Assembly: GCF_006345805.1 (NCBI RefSeq)
Contig: NC_043002.1
Coordinates: 106,764,001 to 106,828,000, forward strand
From: Octopus sinensis
Taxonomy: Eukaryota
Length of the DNA stretch: 64,000 bases
Reading direction: 5' to 3'
Position numbers and translations under genes: made by a program. Within the stretch, counting starts at the first letter, position 1; each line of letters begins with the position of its first letter. A model generated the notes under the pieces. The model was not told where the DNA came from and searched no databases. It saw only the letters and a list, made by a program, of their open reading frames with translations. This document shows positions 23,729 through 36,754 of the stretch, one piece after another.

Positions 23729-24527
23729 CTTGAGAACATTTCTTAGTGGTAAGACCATAGCGGATCTATTTCTGGCATAAGGGTGTCCACATAGTGGTTT
23801 CCCTCTGATATGTATATAATACAATTTTACTGAACCTTCAGTTTTTTAGGAGACATTTTCCCAAGATGCCATGCAGTAGGACTGAACCCAGAGCCATGTG
23901 ATTGGTAAGCAAGCTACATACCACACACCCACTCCTACACCTGATGCATAAGTCCTCGTGATTGATTTCAGTGTAGGCCCTAGTGAAGTCAAGAGCCTTA
24001 AAAAGGAGCTCCATCGATGTAGATAGGTAAAAGTCCACTGTAATTGGGTAAACCTAGCTCTACCTTTTCTCTGCTATTGGCAGAGAATGCTTTTCTTTTT
24101 TTTTGTTTGCTAATAGATTTCTCTGAATATAGTCCTAGTTTCTTTCTGGGTGTTGTACTACAAAACCACACACACACACACACACACAAGGGGCTACTGT
24201 TGTGTTGTGAATGTTTCAAATTATATTTTATAAATGAATATATAAACTCTCTGGCTTTGTTTAAAATGAATGCATCTTGGTGAGTGGAGAGTATTTTTGA
24301 AGCAGTGGGGGAAACATCAGTCAATGCACTTCAATGATGGAGATAAGGAAGGAACAAACCTTAATGTTTATACAATGTTTAAATATTCCTGTGCAATAAT
24401 TGAAGAAATGAAATCTGAAATGTGATCTGCAATTGAATATTGTATGTCTTGTTCTTTCTTTCTTTCTTTCTTTCTCTCTTTCATAACACAATTCATTGCC
24501 AACAAGATTTGTTTTTCTTTTTTAGAA

Positions 24528-24657
24528 ATGGCTGAAGGCGATGAAGATGAAGGAAACATGAAAGTTACAGTCAAGGAATGTTTAAAGGGTATGATAATAG
24601 TTGGTATCGCAACATTTATTGGTAGAATGTTACTAGGGCCCCCTGGTCTTGTTGTTG
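24528..24657 (+). CDS. C19orf12: C19orf12-like gene copy A, coding exon 1
   Basis: tttttAG|AAATG start; MAEGDEDEGNMKVTVKECLKGMIIVGIATFIGRMLLGPPGLVV G resembles human [41 protein letters not shown] donor at 24658. Confidence 0.8.
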
Positions 24658-25468
24658 GTAAGTTATCAGTATTGTATATTCATTTTGGCAAATGTTTTAC
24701 ATCATATGAAGCTGTTTCATATTGTTTACTATTGATATATTTTCTGGGTTTGTCATAATTCAATTCACATTATTAATGTGGCTTCAAGATTACTGTCTTT
24801 GTTTTATCTCCTCAGCAACATTCCCATGAGAGAGAGAGGGGGACAAAGAGAGAAAGAGAAGGACAAAGAGAGAGGGGTACAATGAGAGAGAGAGTTAGTT
24901 TGTATGCAGCTTTCAAAGACCTTTCATATAAATATATTGCTACTATGTTATCAACATTCTGTAACCATGACAACCTAATAGAAATGTGAGCAAGTGCCCC
25001 AAGGGTTTCCAGCTTCGGCCCATAAGAAACATCTTCCCAAGTTGTAGGCTTGTTCTTCCTTCTGGAATATTTCATGTTAGAACGTTGTTAGAAATATATA
25101 TATATATATATATACGATGGGCTTCTTTCAGTTTCCATCTACCAAATACATTTTGGAGAGTCAGGATGAAAAATTTCACTGCAGAGAGACTGTTTGAGCA
25201 CCCTGTAGAAGACATTTGCCCGAGGTGCCATGCAGCGTGACTGAACCCAGAACCATCTGGTTGGGAAGCAAGCTTCTTACCGCACAGTCATGCCTGCACC
25301 TATATATGTATATATTCTTTATATAAATAATCAAATCACAAGCCATTGCAGATTTCTCTTTATTTACCTTATTTACATTATTTACATTTGATGGATATTT
25401 GTCCTCGTCTTGTTTGTTGTTGACTCAATGTTTCAGTTGATATACCCGCCAGTCTTTCTCAGAATAAT

Positions 25469-25501
<33 letters not shown>

Positions 25502-25526
25502 TAAATAAATAAATCTTGATATGAGA

Positions 25527-27385
25527 TCATCATCATCATCAACATCATCATCATCATCAACGTTTAGCGTCCGCTTTCCATGCTAGCATGGGTTGGACGG
25601 TTCAACTGGGGTCTGGGAAGCCAGGAGGCTGCAACAGGCCCAGTCTGATCTGGCAATGTTTCTATGGCTGGATGCCCTTCCTAACGCCAACCAGACGAGG
25701 CTGGCAAACAGCCACGATCGGATGGTGATTTTTATGTGTCACCAGCACGGAGGCCAGGCAAGCTGGCAACGGCCACATTTGGATGGTTCTCTTACGTGCC
25801 CCCGGCACTGGTATCACAGCTACAATTTCCATTGATGTTGATCGATTTTGATTTTGATTTTGATTCTGATTTCTAACTTGCCTCAACAGGTTTCACAAGT
25901 AGAGTTTTGTGTCCCAAGAAAGAAGGGTATGCATAAGTGGACTGGCTACATCCCAAGTAGAGGCCACAGGTTATGGTCTCACTAGTCCTGCTGGGTCTTC
26001 TCACGCACAGCATACTTCCATAGGTCTTGGTCTCTAGTCATTTCCTCGGTGAGACCTAAAGTTCGAAGGTCGTGCTTCACCACCTCGTCCTAGGTTTTCC
26101 TGGGTCAACCTCTTTCACAGGATCCCTCAACTGCTAGGGTGTGGCACTTTTTCACACAACTATCTTCATCCATTCTTGCCACATGGCCATACCAGCACAA
26201 ACGTCTCTCTTGCACACCACAACTGATGCTTCTTAGGTCCAACTTTTCTCTCAAGGTACTTACACTGTGTCAAGTATGAACACTGACATTACACATCCAT
26301 CGGAGCATACTGGCTTCATTTCTTGTGAGCTTACGCATATCCTCAGCAGTCACAGACCATGTTTCACTGCCATGTAGCATGGCTGTTCATACACATGCGT
26401 CATACAGTCAGCCTTTTACACTGAGCGGGAGACCTTTTGTCACCAGCAGAGGTAAGAGCTCTCTGAACTTTGCCCAGGCTATTCTTACTCTAGCAGTTAC
26501 ACTTTCAGCACACTCGCTCCCGCTACTGACTTGGTCACCTAGGTAACGGAAGCTATCAACTATTTCTAGTTTTTCTCCCTGGAATGCGGTGGAAGTTGGT
26601 CTCTGCACATTTTCAGTGTTTACTGCTCCTGAGCATCTGCCTCATACAAAAACTATTTTCCTAGTTAGCTTTCCTTTGACATTGCTGCACCTCTTATATG
26701 TCCATAGCTTACACTTGGTGCATCTTATAGATTTTCTACCTACGCCTTTTCTACAGATCGAGCAGGGCCATCTACCTGAAGGCGTTTGTGATTTGTCAAC
26801 CTTCCTACTTCTTAGGACTTTGGTTTTAGCTAGGTTGACTCTAAGGCCCTTCGATTCTAATCCTTGCTTCCACACCTGAAACTTCTCCTCCAGTTCTGAT
26901 AGTGACTCAGCAATTAGAGCAAGGTCATCAGCATAGAGGAGCTCCCAGGGGCATCCTGTCTTGAATTCCTCCGTTATTGCCTGGAGGACTATGATAAATA
27001 GGAGGGGGCTGAGGACTGAACCTTGGTGGACCCCTACCTCTACCCAGAATTCTTCACTGTACTCGTCACCAACCCTCACCTTACTAGCAGCATCCCTGTA
27101 CATGGCTCGTACAGCTCTCACTAATCATTCATCTATCCCTAGTTTCCTCATTGACCACCAGATAAGGGATCAGGGGACCCTGTCGAAGGCTTTCTTCATG
27201 TCAACGAAAGCCAGGTAGAGGAGCTCATCTTTGGCTAGGTATTTCTCCTGCAGCTGTCTTACCAGAAATATGGCATCAGTGGTGCTTTTCGCTGGCACGA
27301 AACCAAACTGCATCTCATCCAAGCTGACTTTCTCCTTAATCAGTTGGGCTATGACCCTCTCCGTAACCTTCATTACCTGATCCAT
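25527..27385 (-). mobile_element. RTE LINE, 5'-truncated (intron of copy A)
   Basis: Minus-strand RT motifs QFGF..KSTTDAIF, GVHQGSVLSPLLF, YADDL, FRYLG; (GAT)n tail; homologous to 60940-62945. Confidence 0.95.
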
Positions 27386-27533
27386 GGTTGTGATGCATGT
27401 GCCTGGTGTACCCTTGGGTTTATATATTTTACCCCAGTGTCACTCCGATGACATGCACTGCTCTCTCACTCAATAATAATAATAACGTAAAAAATTCTTT
27501 AGGAATGAGAACCCACGTTCGAAATTTCCCCAA

Positions 27534-27579
27534 GACACTTGATGAAGGCTGGAGGGTATATCAGCTGAAATGTTGTGTT
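27534..27579 (+). ncRNA. Degenerate minimal hammerhead motif (paralog 49441-49486)
   Basis: GACAC-TTGATGA-A-GGCTG..CAGCT-GAAA-TGTT-GTGTT: helix I and II can pair, but C3 is U with G8 retained and helix III is weak. Confidence 0.4.
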
Positions 27580-28065
27580 AACAACAAACAAGACGAGGAC
27601 AAATATCTGTCAAATGTAAATAATGTAAATGATGTAAATAATGTACATAATGCCTCATCTCTTAAATATAGGACTGAAAGAAACTTGTTGTTTATGTGTA
27701 TGTGTTGGTGTGTTTGTGTCTCTTTCACTTAACCTCATGCAAAAGATGCAGACTGAACAAGGCCATCATACTAGTAACATCCCTCATTTCCAATCTTCCG
27801 AGAAGATATATCTGGCCATTGGAACAGGAAAGGCATTTGGAAGTCGAAAATCTACCTCAACAAAGCAGAAATGTGGACATTAAAACAACAATTATGATGA
27901 TGATGATGATGGTTAAGCTGTAATTAAAGGAAATATTAATAAATTTAATAGAAAATGGTTTCATATAATAAAGGAATATTCATAGGTCCCTGAAACTATG
28001 CTTTAACATGAAGATAGTGAACGAAGAATATTTACTCAATAATTGTATTTATTTGCTCTTTTTAG

Positions 28066-28160
28066 GTGGTGTAGTTGGGGGACTTGCCGCTTATGGAATG
28101 TCTTGTGATTTTAAATCTGCTCCACAAATCCTTCGTAAACCGCCTAAAGATAAAAAATGA
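28066..28160 (+). CDS. C19orf12: C19orf12-like gene copy A, coding exon 2 up to premature TGA (74-aa product)
   Basis: tttttAG acceptor; GGVVGGLAAYGMSCDFKSAPQILRKPPKDKK* resembles human [29 protein letters not shown]; TGA at 28158-28160. Confidence 0.72.
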
Positions 28161-28322
28161 TTACTGTGCAACAAGATGAAGGATATCTTACAACACGTTG
28201 GTATATCAGCTTCTCCACAGCTCTTGAGCTACATTAAACCACATCAACATCTCTACAGAAATATTGTAAAGTGCTTGAAATAATTTTTAACAGATGAACT
28301 TCAAATGACTTTAAACAATTAA
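28161..28322 (+). pseudogene. Fossil C-terminal coding region of C19orf12-like copy A
   Basis: In-frame continuation LLCNKMKDILQHVGISASPQLLSYIKPHQHLYRNIVKCLK*FLTDELQMTLNN*, with an internal TAA at 28281 and a probable ancestral stop at 28320-28322. Confidence 0.7.
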
Positions 28323-29549
28323 TGTATGATTACTTACAAAATCTATTGGTATATCAAAATAATATTTTGGAAAATAATTTTGAAAATTTTGAAAAACTGG
28401 ACTTATACAAATGTTTAAATATTCTAAATATGATCCCTTAAAGGCTATTCATTTCAAGGTCATTTATGCTTCTTCAATAAAAATTTAAAGATTTTGAAGC
28501 CAAGAAAACCTTAAATTTGATTTTACTCTTGGCTTTGGAATAGAAGGGTTTTTGGCCTTAAAAAAGTGTGTCAAGATGCTTGAAAAAGTGGTGGTTGGTG
28601 GGTGAAAGATCAAGATAATATGGAAGATAATGGTAAAGTGTTGTATCTCAAGTATGTGAGCTTCTGTAGTGTCATCATGGGAATGTGTGGTCAAGTGTTG
28701 TCATGGAGCAGAATTGGACCACATCGATTAACAAGTGTAGGTCTCATTTTGCTCTAGTGAACATGCATTTTTTCCAGTTGCTTATAGTAAACTTCCAATG
28801 TATTGCTCTGGTTAGGGTCCAGAAAGCTGCATTATTTTCAAATGTTGATCACCAAAGGGTAAATAGACATCCTCTATCTTCTTGATCTTCAAGGCTCTCA
28901 TCCTCACTATGGAATCTCAAACAACCTAATAATTATATTAAAATAAGACTTTGTAACACAGTTTGTTTTCTCCAAGTATTCTATCTAAATATATTTCATC
29001 ATCTGTTGATTTTCTGTAAAGATTACCCACAGTACTTTTCCTAAATTTTGTGCAATCCTATAATTAGTAAATCTTTTGAAATAAATATCAGTTTTAAAAA
29101 CAAATATCAAATTATTTGCAACAGAAATTTTATAACCTCATCATGTCAATAAAATAATCTGGAATTATTCTTTGTGTCTCTTTGAAATAATAAACATTTA
29201 CAAATATTTGTTTCTGTCTCATTGTGAAATTGTTAATTTTGCCTTGATTACATCCAAACTGTAAAGAGATTCATCGTTACATTCAGACTGTAAGGAGATT
29301 CATGGTTACCTTGTAGGAAGGAGAGGGTGGATACAGAAGAGCCAAGAAGGGTGTGTATTGTTGCAAGATAGTGGGATGAGAGTGAGAGATGAATATAAAC
29401 ATAGGGGTGGATATATGCAATTCTTTGTGAAACATTAATGAATCCCAACATGTCTATTAACACTGTAGTTCTTATATATTCTAAACATACTGTCTACTTT
29501 TGTATGTGTTGCGTAGTTCCTGTTGAAGTGGTTGATGAAGTGTTGCATG

Positions 29550-30110
29550 TATCTTTCCAATTCTATACAACACTTCATCCACTACATGCGATTCTCTGAC
29601 TACAATCAAAAGGACTGGATTAGCGTTTCAAAGGAGCCAGGGCTAGGTACAAGGCCATTATAGGGAGTGATACAAAGGGGATCTGCCTGCTATTTGGGAG
29701 TTACTTCCAGAACAGCACAGAAAGGACCATGAAAATGATAGATAAGGCCAACTCATGGTATGAGTGTCATGTTCATTGATGCTAACCCTGGTGGTGAACT
29801 AGCATACCTACATAGAAAAGCATTAGATAAGATAAATCTATGGATTAAAGTAGTAGAAAGGCCTGGAACCCCCATAAAGTCTCTGATCTGTAAAATTTGT
29901 CCCTTTGTATGGAGAACAATTGTGTGTAGGACGAACCTGCAGGTTAACTGTAAGATTAGGAATGTAGTCTATAGCTTACAGTGTACTGGGTGGCAGTGCA
30001 GAAACATGACAGCAACTTACAATGGAGAGACAGCACACAGCATAGGGGAATGAATAGGTGGACACTGGCAGGAGTTCAAAGAGAAGAAAAGCTCATCAGT
30101 AATAGACAGG
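29550..30110 (+). mobile_element. Penelope-like element fragment (RT C-terminus + GIY-YIG endonuclease remnant); partial paralog 50440-50700
   Basis: IQHFIHYMRFSDY...KGARARY and C..RNVVYSLQC.GWQC....ATYNGETA.S..E.IG.HWQEF resemble the PLE GIY-YIG domain. Confidence 0.65.
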
Positions 30111-30986
30111 CCAAGCCTCAACAGTAAAGAGGAATAGAACCCTAACACCTCTCACCACTACACCACACAACACAACAACTAAAGACAGAAAGGAAGAAAA
30201 GACAGATACAAACAGTGTAATACACACACAAAGGAAAAACATGCACACACCCATGATAAATATAAGAAATAGAGATACATAAGTAAAGAAAAAAATTATA
30301 TAAAAGGCATGGATACAAACAACATAGCAAGCAAACCCACATATACACAGACACACATACAGTAAACTTCACAAATGGCTACAGCAACAACAACAACCAC
30401 AATGGCAACAACATGAATAAACACACAAACACAGAAAGATACAAGAACATTATCAAAGGGTCAAGACATGCACACGCACACATTATTAAGGGTCAAGACA
30501 TGCACACGCACACACACAAACACATGCTCACACACACACGCATGCTCACACACAGATGCAAAGACATGCGCTGATAAGGCTTGTACATCATACAAGGACA
30601 GAATGGACGAAGCAGAGCAGGAGGAAAGGATCACCGTGAAGGCCACAGATGTGTGATGCAAGATTTCCAGACAATGGACAGAAGATGAAATAAGAACCGG
30701 AATAAACGAGTAAAGAATGAATATATCGTGCACGTACCAAAGTACAAGGCTCCACTGCTTCATTTTCTACCTTGGCAATTGGCCTGCATCATGGACTGTA
30801 TGCCTCGGTTTCCAAGTCATCTTTCACAACTGTATGTATGTATGTATGTACGTATTTATATGTAATTATGTATGTATGTACGTATGTATGTAGGCACGTT
30901 TAGCAAAATGGCGGTGCCTCAGTATGGCCACAGTTTTGAGCTGAAGCTTTGACTAAAAAAAGAATATATATATATCTGTAAATATA

Positions 30987-31216
30987 ATATGTGACAATTA
31001 TTCAGTAGCCATGATAAAACTCCGAGTTTTGTATGTCGGAGCGGAAACCCACACTGCGATCTCTTCAGTTGTCGGGCCATCGAAAAAAATATGCGGTGCC
31101 CCAGCATGGCATTTTTTTTTATGGTCTGCTAACTGAAGAGATGGTGGCATGGGTTTCCGCCTCAACATCCGAAATGCGGAGATTTATCATGGCTACCGAA
31201 TAATTGTCACATATTA
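30987..31216. repeat. Small inverted-repeat element (~85-bp arms), MITE-like
   Basis: TAATATGTGACAATTATTC...GATCTCTTCAGTT versus AACTGAAGAGATG...GAATAATTGTCACATATTA. Confidence 0.75.
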
Positions 31217-31313
31217 CATTTACAGAGAAATACCTCTATTTACATAATATCGAAGTCTCTTTCATTCTTTTCTTGTCTTGCCACTTCTATCAATATATAT
31301 ATATATATATATA

Positions 31314-32933
31314 CAATTGCGGCCAAAAAATTTCAGAACGGCATTGGTTTCGTCAGAAAAGCAGGTATAAGTTTTTATCAAAGTTGTTTTATTTTCTATT
31401 CACAGACATTAAATACGATATTAATTGTTATTGTCTGAGATTTTGGTGTAATTTGAGATGATAATACAAAAGTTATGGATGATTTAGGGATTTACTGCAA
31501 AACCCATGGCGGCCAAAATGATCAAAACAGTTGCTTTTACTCCGTGTTTTAGTATATTTAACCTGTGAACTGTAATGTTTTGAATTTGTTTAGCTGACGG
31601 TTCGTTTACTAAACATTAGTAAGAGTATCTGCAGTGTACTTTGTTAATATAATGCCACTTACTCCGTTACCAATTCGTCAGTAGATTATTAAACTTCAAA
31701 AGAAGGATAATTTAAGTATTGGGTCTATTGCAAAGATTGTTAACAAGTGAAAAAATGTTGTTCACAGTATTCTTAAGGTCTACGATGATTGTGGTTCGTG
31801 TGGAGCAAGAAAGTCTACAGGTAGGCCTAGAAAAACGACCAAGAGAGAAGATCGTGCTATGGTAAAGTTGGTTAAAAAGGACAGATTTAAAACTGCTGCT
31901 GTTTCTCGGGAAATGAGCATTGTACTGAAGAAAACTTTATCTCGAAAAACTGTCTCGTTGTTTAGTTGAACATGACCTACAAGCAAGAGCACCTGCAGTG
32001 AAGCCACTGATCAGCTCCAAGAATAAAAAGTGTCGTCTTATCTTTGCAACCGAACATGTGTTGTGGTCTCAAGAAAAATGGCAAACAGTGCATTTCAGTG
32101 ATGAATCTAAGTTTATGTTATTTGGCTCAGATGGGAAAAGGTACGTTCGTAGAAAAGTAGGTGAAAAATTGTCGCCTAAATGCCTTAAGACTAGTTTTAA
32201 ATTCGGTGAAGGAAGTGTCATGGTTTGGTGGATGATATTTGGAGATGGTGTGGGCCCTTTGGTGCGATTACATGGAAAGGTAAATGCAGGAGTTTATAAA
32301 CAACTTGTAAAAGATCATGCCTTGCCTGTGCTGAGAAATTCAACTAAGCGATCACCCATATTCATGCAGGACAATGCCCCATGTCACAAGGCTAAGGTGG
32401 CCATGAACTTTCTCAAGGCTGAAAAGGTTATTGTTATGGATTGGCCTGCTCAAAGCCCAGATCTTAATCCTATTGAAAATGTGTGGAATATTCTAGGAGA
32501 ACGTTCAAAAGCCAGAAATCCTAAAACAACCGAGCAATTATGGAATGCCCTTCAGGAAGAATGGAATAAGATCACCCAGCAAGAAATTGAAAATTTATTT
32601 TCCTCATGCTGTCGAAGATGTCAAGGTGTGATTGAAGCTAAAGGGCTTCACATTAAATATTAAATAATTCCAGTTTTCTCTGTCATTTTTGATTTTTTGT
32701 TATTTTAGTCAACCGTTCTGATCATTTTGGCCGCCATGGGTTTTGCAATAAATCACTAAATCGTCCATAAGTTTTGTATTATCCTCTCAAATTAAACCAA
32801 AATCTCAGACAATAATAATTAATATCGTATTTATTGTCTGTAAAAATTATAGAATATAAAACAACTTTGATAAAAACTTATATCTACTTTTCTGACGAAA
32901 ACAATGCCTGTCTGAATATTTTGGCCGCAACTG
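31314..32933 (+). mobile_element. Full-length Tc1-like transposon (DD34E, ~215-bp IR/DR-type TIRs, TA-flanked), 1620 bp
   Basis: TA|CAATTGCGGCC...GGCCGCAACTG|TA; catalytic ORF 31998-32663 with FSDESKF, QDN-x34-E (SPDLNPIEN); the N-terminal DNA-binding region with GRPRKTT has stops and a frameshift. Confidence 0.96.
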
Positions 32934-33739
32934 TATATATTATAATTATTAGGGAATATTACTTCGGAGTACACAGGAAAAAGACATTCAAATTAGATGT
33001 ACTAAAATGAACGTCTCTCAATGTTTAATTCGTATATATAAAAGTAGTTTTAGAGACAGAACCACCTTCAACTCAATCAACACTGAAAGATTTAATACCC
33101 GACCACTCCATAAAATGTTACAAATTAAATCTTATACTAACTATGTCTATTCTGAATCCTGTATTTTCCGTTTATAAGACTACACGTCTTTCATGAAAGT
33201 ACGTTGGTATTGATTAGATACGAGGTATCTAGTTTCAATACTTACTCAGGTCAACATACTCCCAATCTTCAGGTCTGGATTCCTCAACATTTTTCACTAC
33301 CCCTACCTCTTCTATCCAGACCTGAAGATTGGGAGTATTTTGTGTTTATATTAGAAATTTTTTTAATCATTGTTAAAGATGGTGAATGGTAGAATTATTA
33401 GAGCGCGGAAGAAAAAGAAATCATGTTGTGTTTTCTTACACCTTTTTTCTTACACGTTCTGATTATGAATCATGTCAAGGTCAACTTCGCCTTTCATATT
33501 TCCCAGGTCTATAAAATAAATACCTGCTAGGAACTGGTACCGATCGTAATCGACAATATCTTTCTGCCAATTCTTGAGTTATTCATTAAGTTACCGTCTT
33601 TTATATACTGCCTTCGTATTATACCGAGGTCAACGACTTACGTGTGCATGTGTGTGTGTGTGTGTGTTTACACATACACAGGTTTGATGGTGCAAACAGG
33701 GAAAAATAGAACTCATATATATGGAAATACTTTTTTATT

Positions 33740-34195
33740 AATTGTTGACAGAGCAGCTATTCGAATATGATCGTTACCAGCGTTGCCTTACTGGCACTTA
33801 TGCCTGTGCTAGTAGAGTGCCAAGAGCACCATCCGAGCATGATCGTTGCTAGAGCAGCCAACCGGCTTCCGTACATGTGGCACATAAAGGGACACCATTC
33901 GAGCGTGAGCGTTACCAACGTCGCTTCACTGGCACCTGTGCCAGTGACACATATACAAAGATTCGAGCGAGGTCATTGCCAGTACTGTCTGACTGTCCCC
34001 TGTGCCGGTGGCACATAAAAAGCACCCACTACACTTTTGGAGTGGTTGGCGTTAAGAAGGGCATCCAGCAGTAGAAACTCTGCCAGATCAAGACTGGAGC
34101 CTGGTGCAGCCATCTGGTTCGCCAGTCCTCAGTCAAAATCGTCCAACCCATGCTAGCATGGAAAGCGGAGGTTAAACAATGATGATGATGATGAT
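33740..34195 (+). mobile_element. RTE-tail-bearing short element
   Basis: GGCACATAAAAAGCACCCACTACAC...GGAGTGGTTGGCGTTAAGAAGGGCATCC...(GAT)n. Confidence 0.75.
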
Positions 34196-34260
34196 TTAGC
34201 AGAAGCAATAAAGTGGTTCAAGGACCAAGAGTTTCGTGCGTTGGCACTTATCAAACGTTG

Positions 34261-34319
<59 letters not shown>

Positions 34320-34489
34320 TAATAGTTATCGCCATACTAATATGGTAGTCTATAAATATAAGACTAAAGCTGTCGCTGATTAGCTCCAAGAGGCCATCAC
34401 CTCTAGCTAGCTATTTGACACATGAACCTGCGTCCATTACAAACCTTCGAACAGGGGAGGTCAGCCGCTTCACCTTGCTAGTCAGACAT

Positions 34490-34530
34490 CTGCAGACATG
34501 TTTCAGGGTTGTTGCCCTTTATCAATGCAG
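34490..34530 (-). ncRNA. Minimal type I hammerhead ribozyme with U3-A8 core variant
   Basis: Minus strand: CTGCA-TTGATAA-AGGG-caacaa-CCCT-GAAA-CATG-TC-TGCAG; 5-bp helix I, 4-bp helix II, palindromic ACATGT helix III, GUC triplet. Confidence 0.65.
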
Positions 34531-34658
34531 TGTAGTCAGACCCGCAGGTGTCGCTACTGACTGTCTGTTCGAAGATTTTATTTACCTAGTTACAGTGGAA
34601 TACATCCATTTGTTTTCAATAATAGAAATATTAAAATTACTAAGTGTCTCTAAAGGAG

Positions 34659-34705
<47 letters not shown>

Positions 34706-36368
34706 CTATATATATTAAAGGGGCTTTGGGTCAAAATTGTGTGCACATTTTGCTACGTCAGAGGTTGGCAGCCAGACCTGTGGTTGGATCGAGCTGAAGA
34801 TTGACACAGGTATAGAAGTTGCGATGAGGCAGAGAGTTGAGTAGGTTAAAACTTGCCATCTGGGAAGATGTGGTTGCTATGGTGAGAAGAGTGATTTTTT
34901 ATCGATTCAAGGGTGCTCTCAGCCCCTCCAGATTGGCGTGATTGGCAGCTAACACCCAACAGCATGCACTTTGGGCTGTTGTGTTTTATAATAAAGCATT
35001 TTGTCGCGAAATTCAGGCTACTAAGCAAAGATTTTTCATCGTGAAATAACGAGTGCTTTTTGCCCTCGTTGAAATTACATCTGCCCTTAAGAAGGGCTAT
35101 AAGGCACACTTTTAGTCGACACAAAATTTTGCTTTTAAGGTCGAAAACTTTTGAAAATTAAACAAAAATGTTGAATTTTTCCTGGCAAGTAAGGCTTCAT
35201 ATGATATCATCGCTGTGAGCTGCAACTTTACTGCAAAAGCATTATCGATTTTTTCACGGCTGCATAAACTTATTAAGCCAAAGTGCTAGTAAACTGCCAG
35301 TGACTAATATCTTTTTATTAAAGTGAAAGGATTTTGTCTATTTATTTCTGCTGTCCACTTACGATGGTAATTCAGTTGACTAGGAAAACTATACGTGAGG
35401 AATATGCAATACCAAACTATCTTAATCTACATATTGAAACTGCATTAAACTTTGGCAATCTTACCTTTACCTATTCTGAGTTACTTAAAAGGTGATGTCC
35501 CCTTCCCTATCTTATGTTTGTTGATACCTTTTTTTTTTACCTTTAATACCGTTGTTTCACCTTAAAGATTCTTCTTTACCCATCCACTAATGATATTTCG
35601 ACTACTGTCCATTGTTTCAAATTGGTTTTAGCCTTGTCATTCTAGCTTTTTCAAACACTCACATATGATTCGTCCCAAAGAATCAACCTTTAAATAAGAG
35701 TTTTGCTTCCACTAGTGAAAGCTATACATATCTTTCAGGAAGCCCCGTACCAATTTAACTTTATGCAGCATTCGTTGTTAGCTTATGTGCACGCTATGCA
35801 GGAAGATAGAATGAAGGGGCTTTCGTTAGCTTTTCTCTCTGAAAATAATAGCTCCCTTTGCTGTTGAAAAAAATAAACTTGCAGAGGGAAAGTTTCAACA
35901 TTTTTCTTCAATTTCCTGACACCATTTATGTGGCTGTTTCTGACAAGAAATTTCGTTTTCATGTAAAACAACTATATTTTGTAGTCATTATCTGTAATCT
36001 ACTCTCAAAGTACTTCAGTAGATCTACTTTGCATCGCTTGCAAACATATATGTTCAACGACCTCCACAATAACCAGCCATCAATTTGATTTTCTGTTCCT
36101 AGGTTAATCAGAAACAGATTGCCGTGCTACACATAAACCTTCTCAGTAGTTCAATTATTTGGTGAAAAACATACCACGAAAGAAACTTACACCGTCCAAA
36201 GGACGGTTGCGTTTGCTGGTTTCTACATACATACATACATACATACATGTGTGTGTGTGTTTCTCACCTTTTGAATTTTGTAAAGACAACTCACTATCAT
36301 GGCCTAAAAGCAGTCTCTCTCTGTCTGTCTCTGTCTGTCTCTCTTTTTCTCTCTCTTTCTCTCTTTCT

Positions 36369-36420
<52 letters not shown>

Positions 36421-36754
36421 TTGCCCTGCAGTACCTCGAAGCTTTGTCACACTTCTGATAAAAATAAATCATGAATAGATAAATGAATAAGTAGGTAAAT
36501 GGATATATGAAGTGTTTTCCAAGAAAATATTGTCTTTTTCTTCTCCAGGTAAATTGCAATGAGATGATTATGTTTGCAAGTGGGTGGAGCTCTTAAACTT
36601 GCCTGCTGCTTTCTGAGTTTTTTCATATATGAGTGAATGTGCACACACATTTGTGCATGTGTGTGTGTGTGTTTCTGTGTTTCTGTATATACATTTTAAA
36701 TGGAAACCAACCTATTTTCTCAGAATTACAGCTAATTAGTATTTCTGTATATAG

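Larger units (their letters stand above)
19590..30900 (+). repeat. Segmental duplication, copy A
   Basis: Long colinear blocks nearly identical to 36258-52640 (e.g. 19590-21020/36258-37770, 21215-22430/39572-40790, 22960-25080/41310-43085, 25330-28585/47000-50430, 29828-30700/50440-51260). Confidence 0.95.

Noticed and set aside
30575-30610. CTGATAAG followed by the hairpin CTTGTA/TACAAG as a hammerhead
   Set aside because: No GAAA after helix II and no helix I or III.
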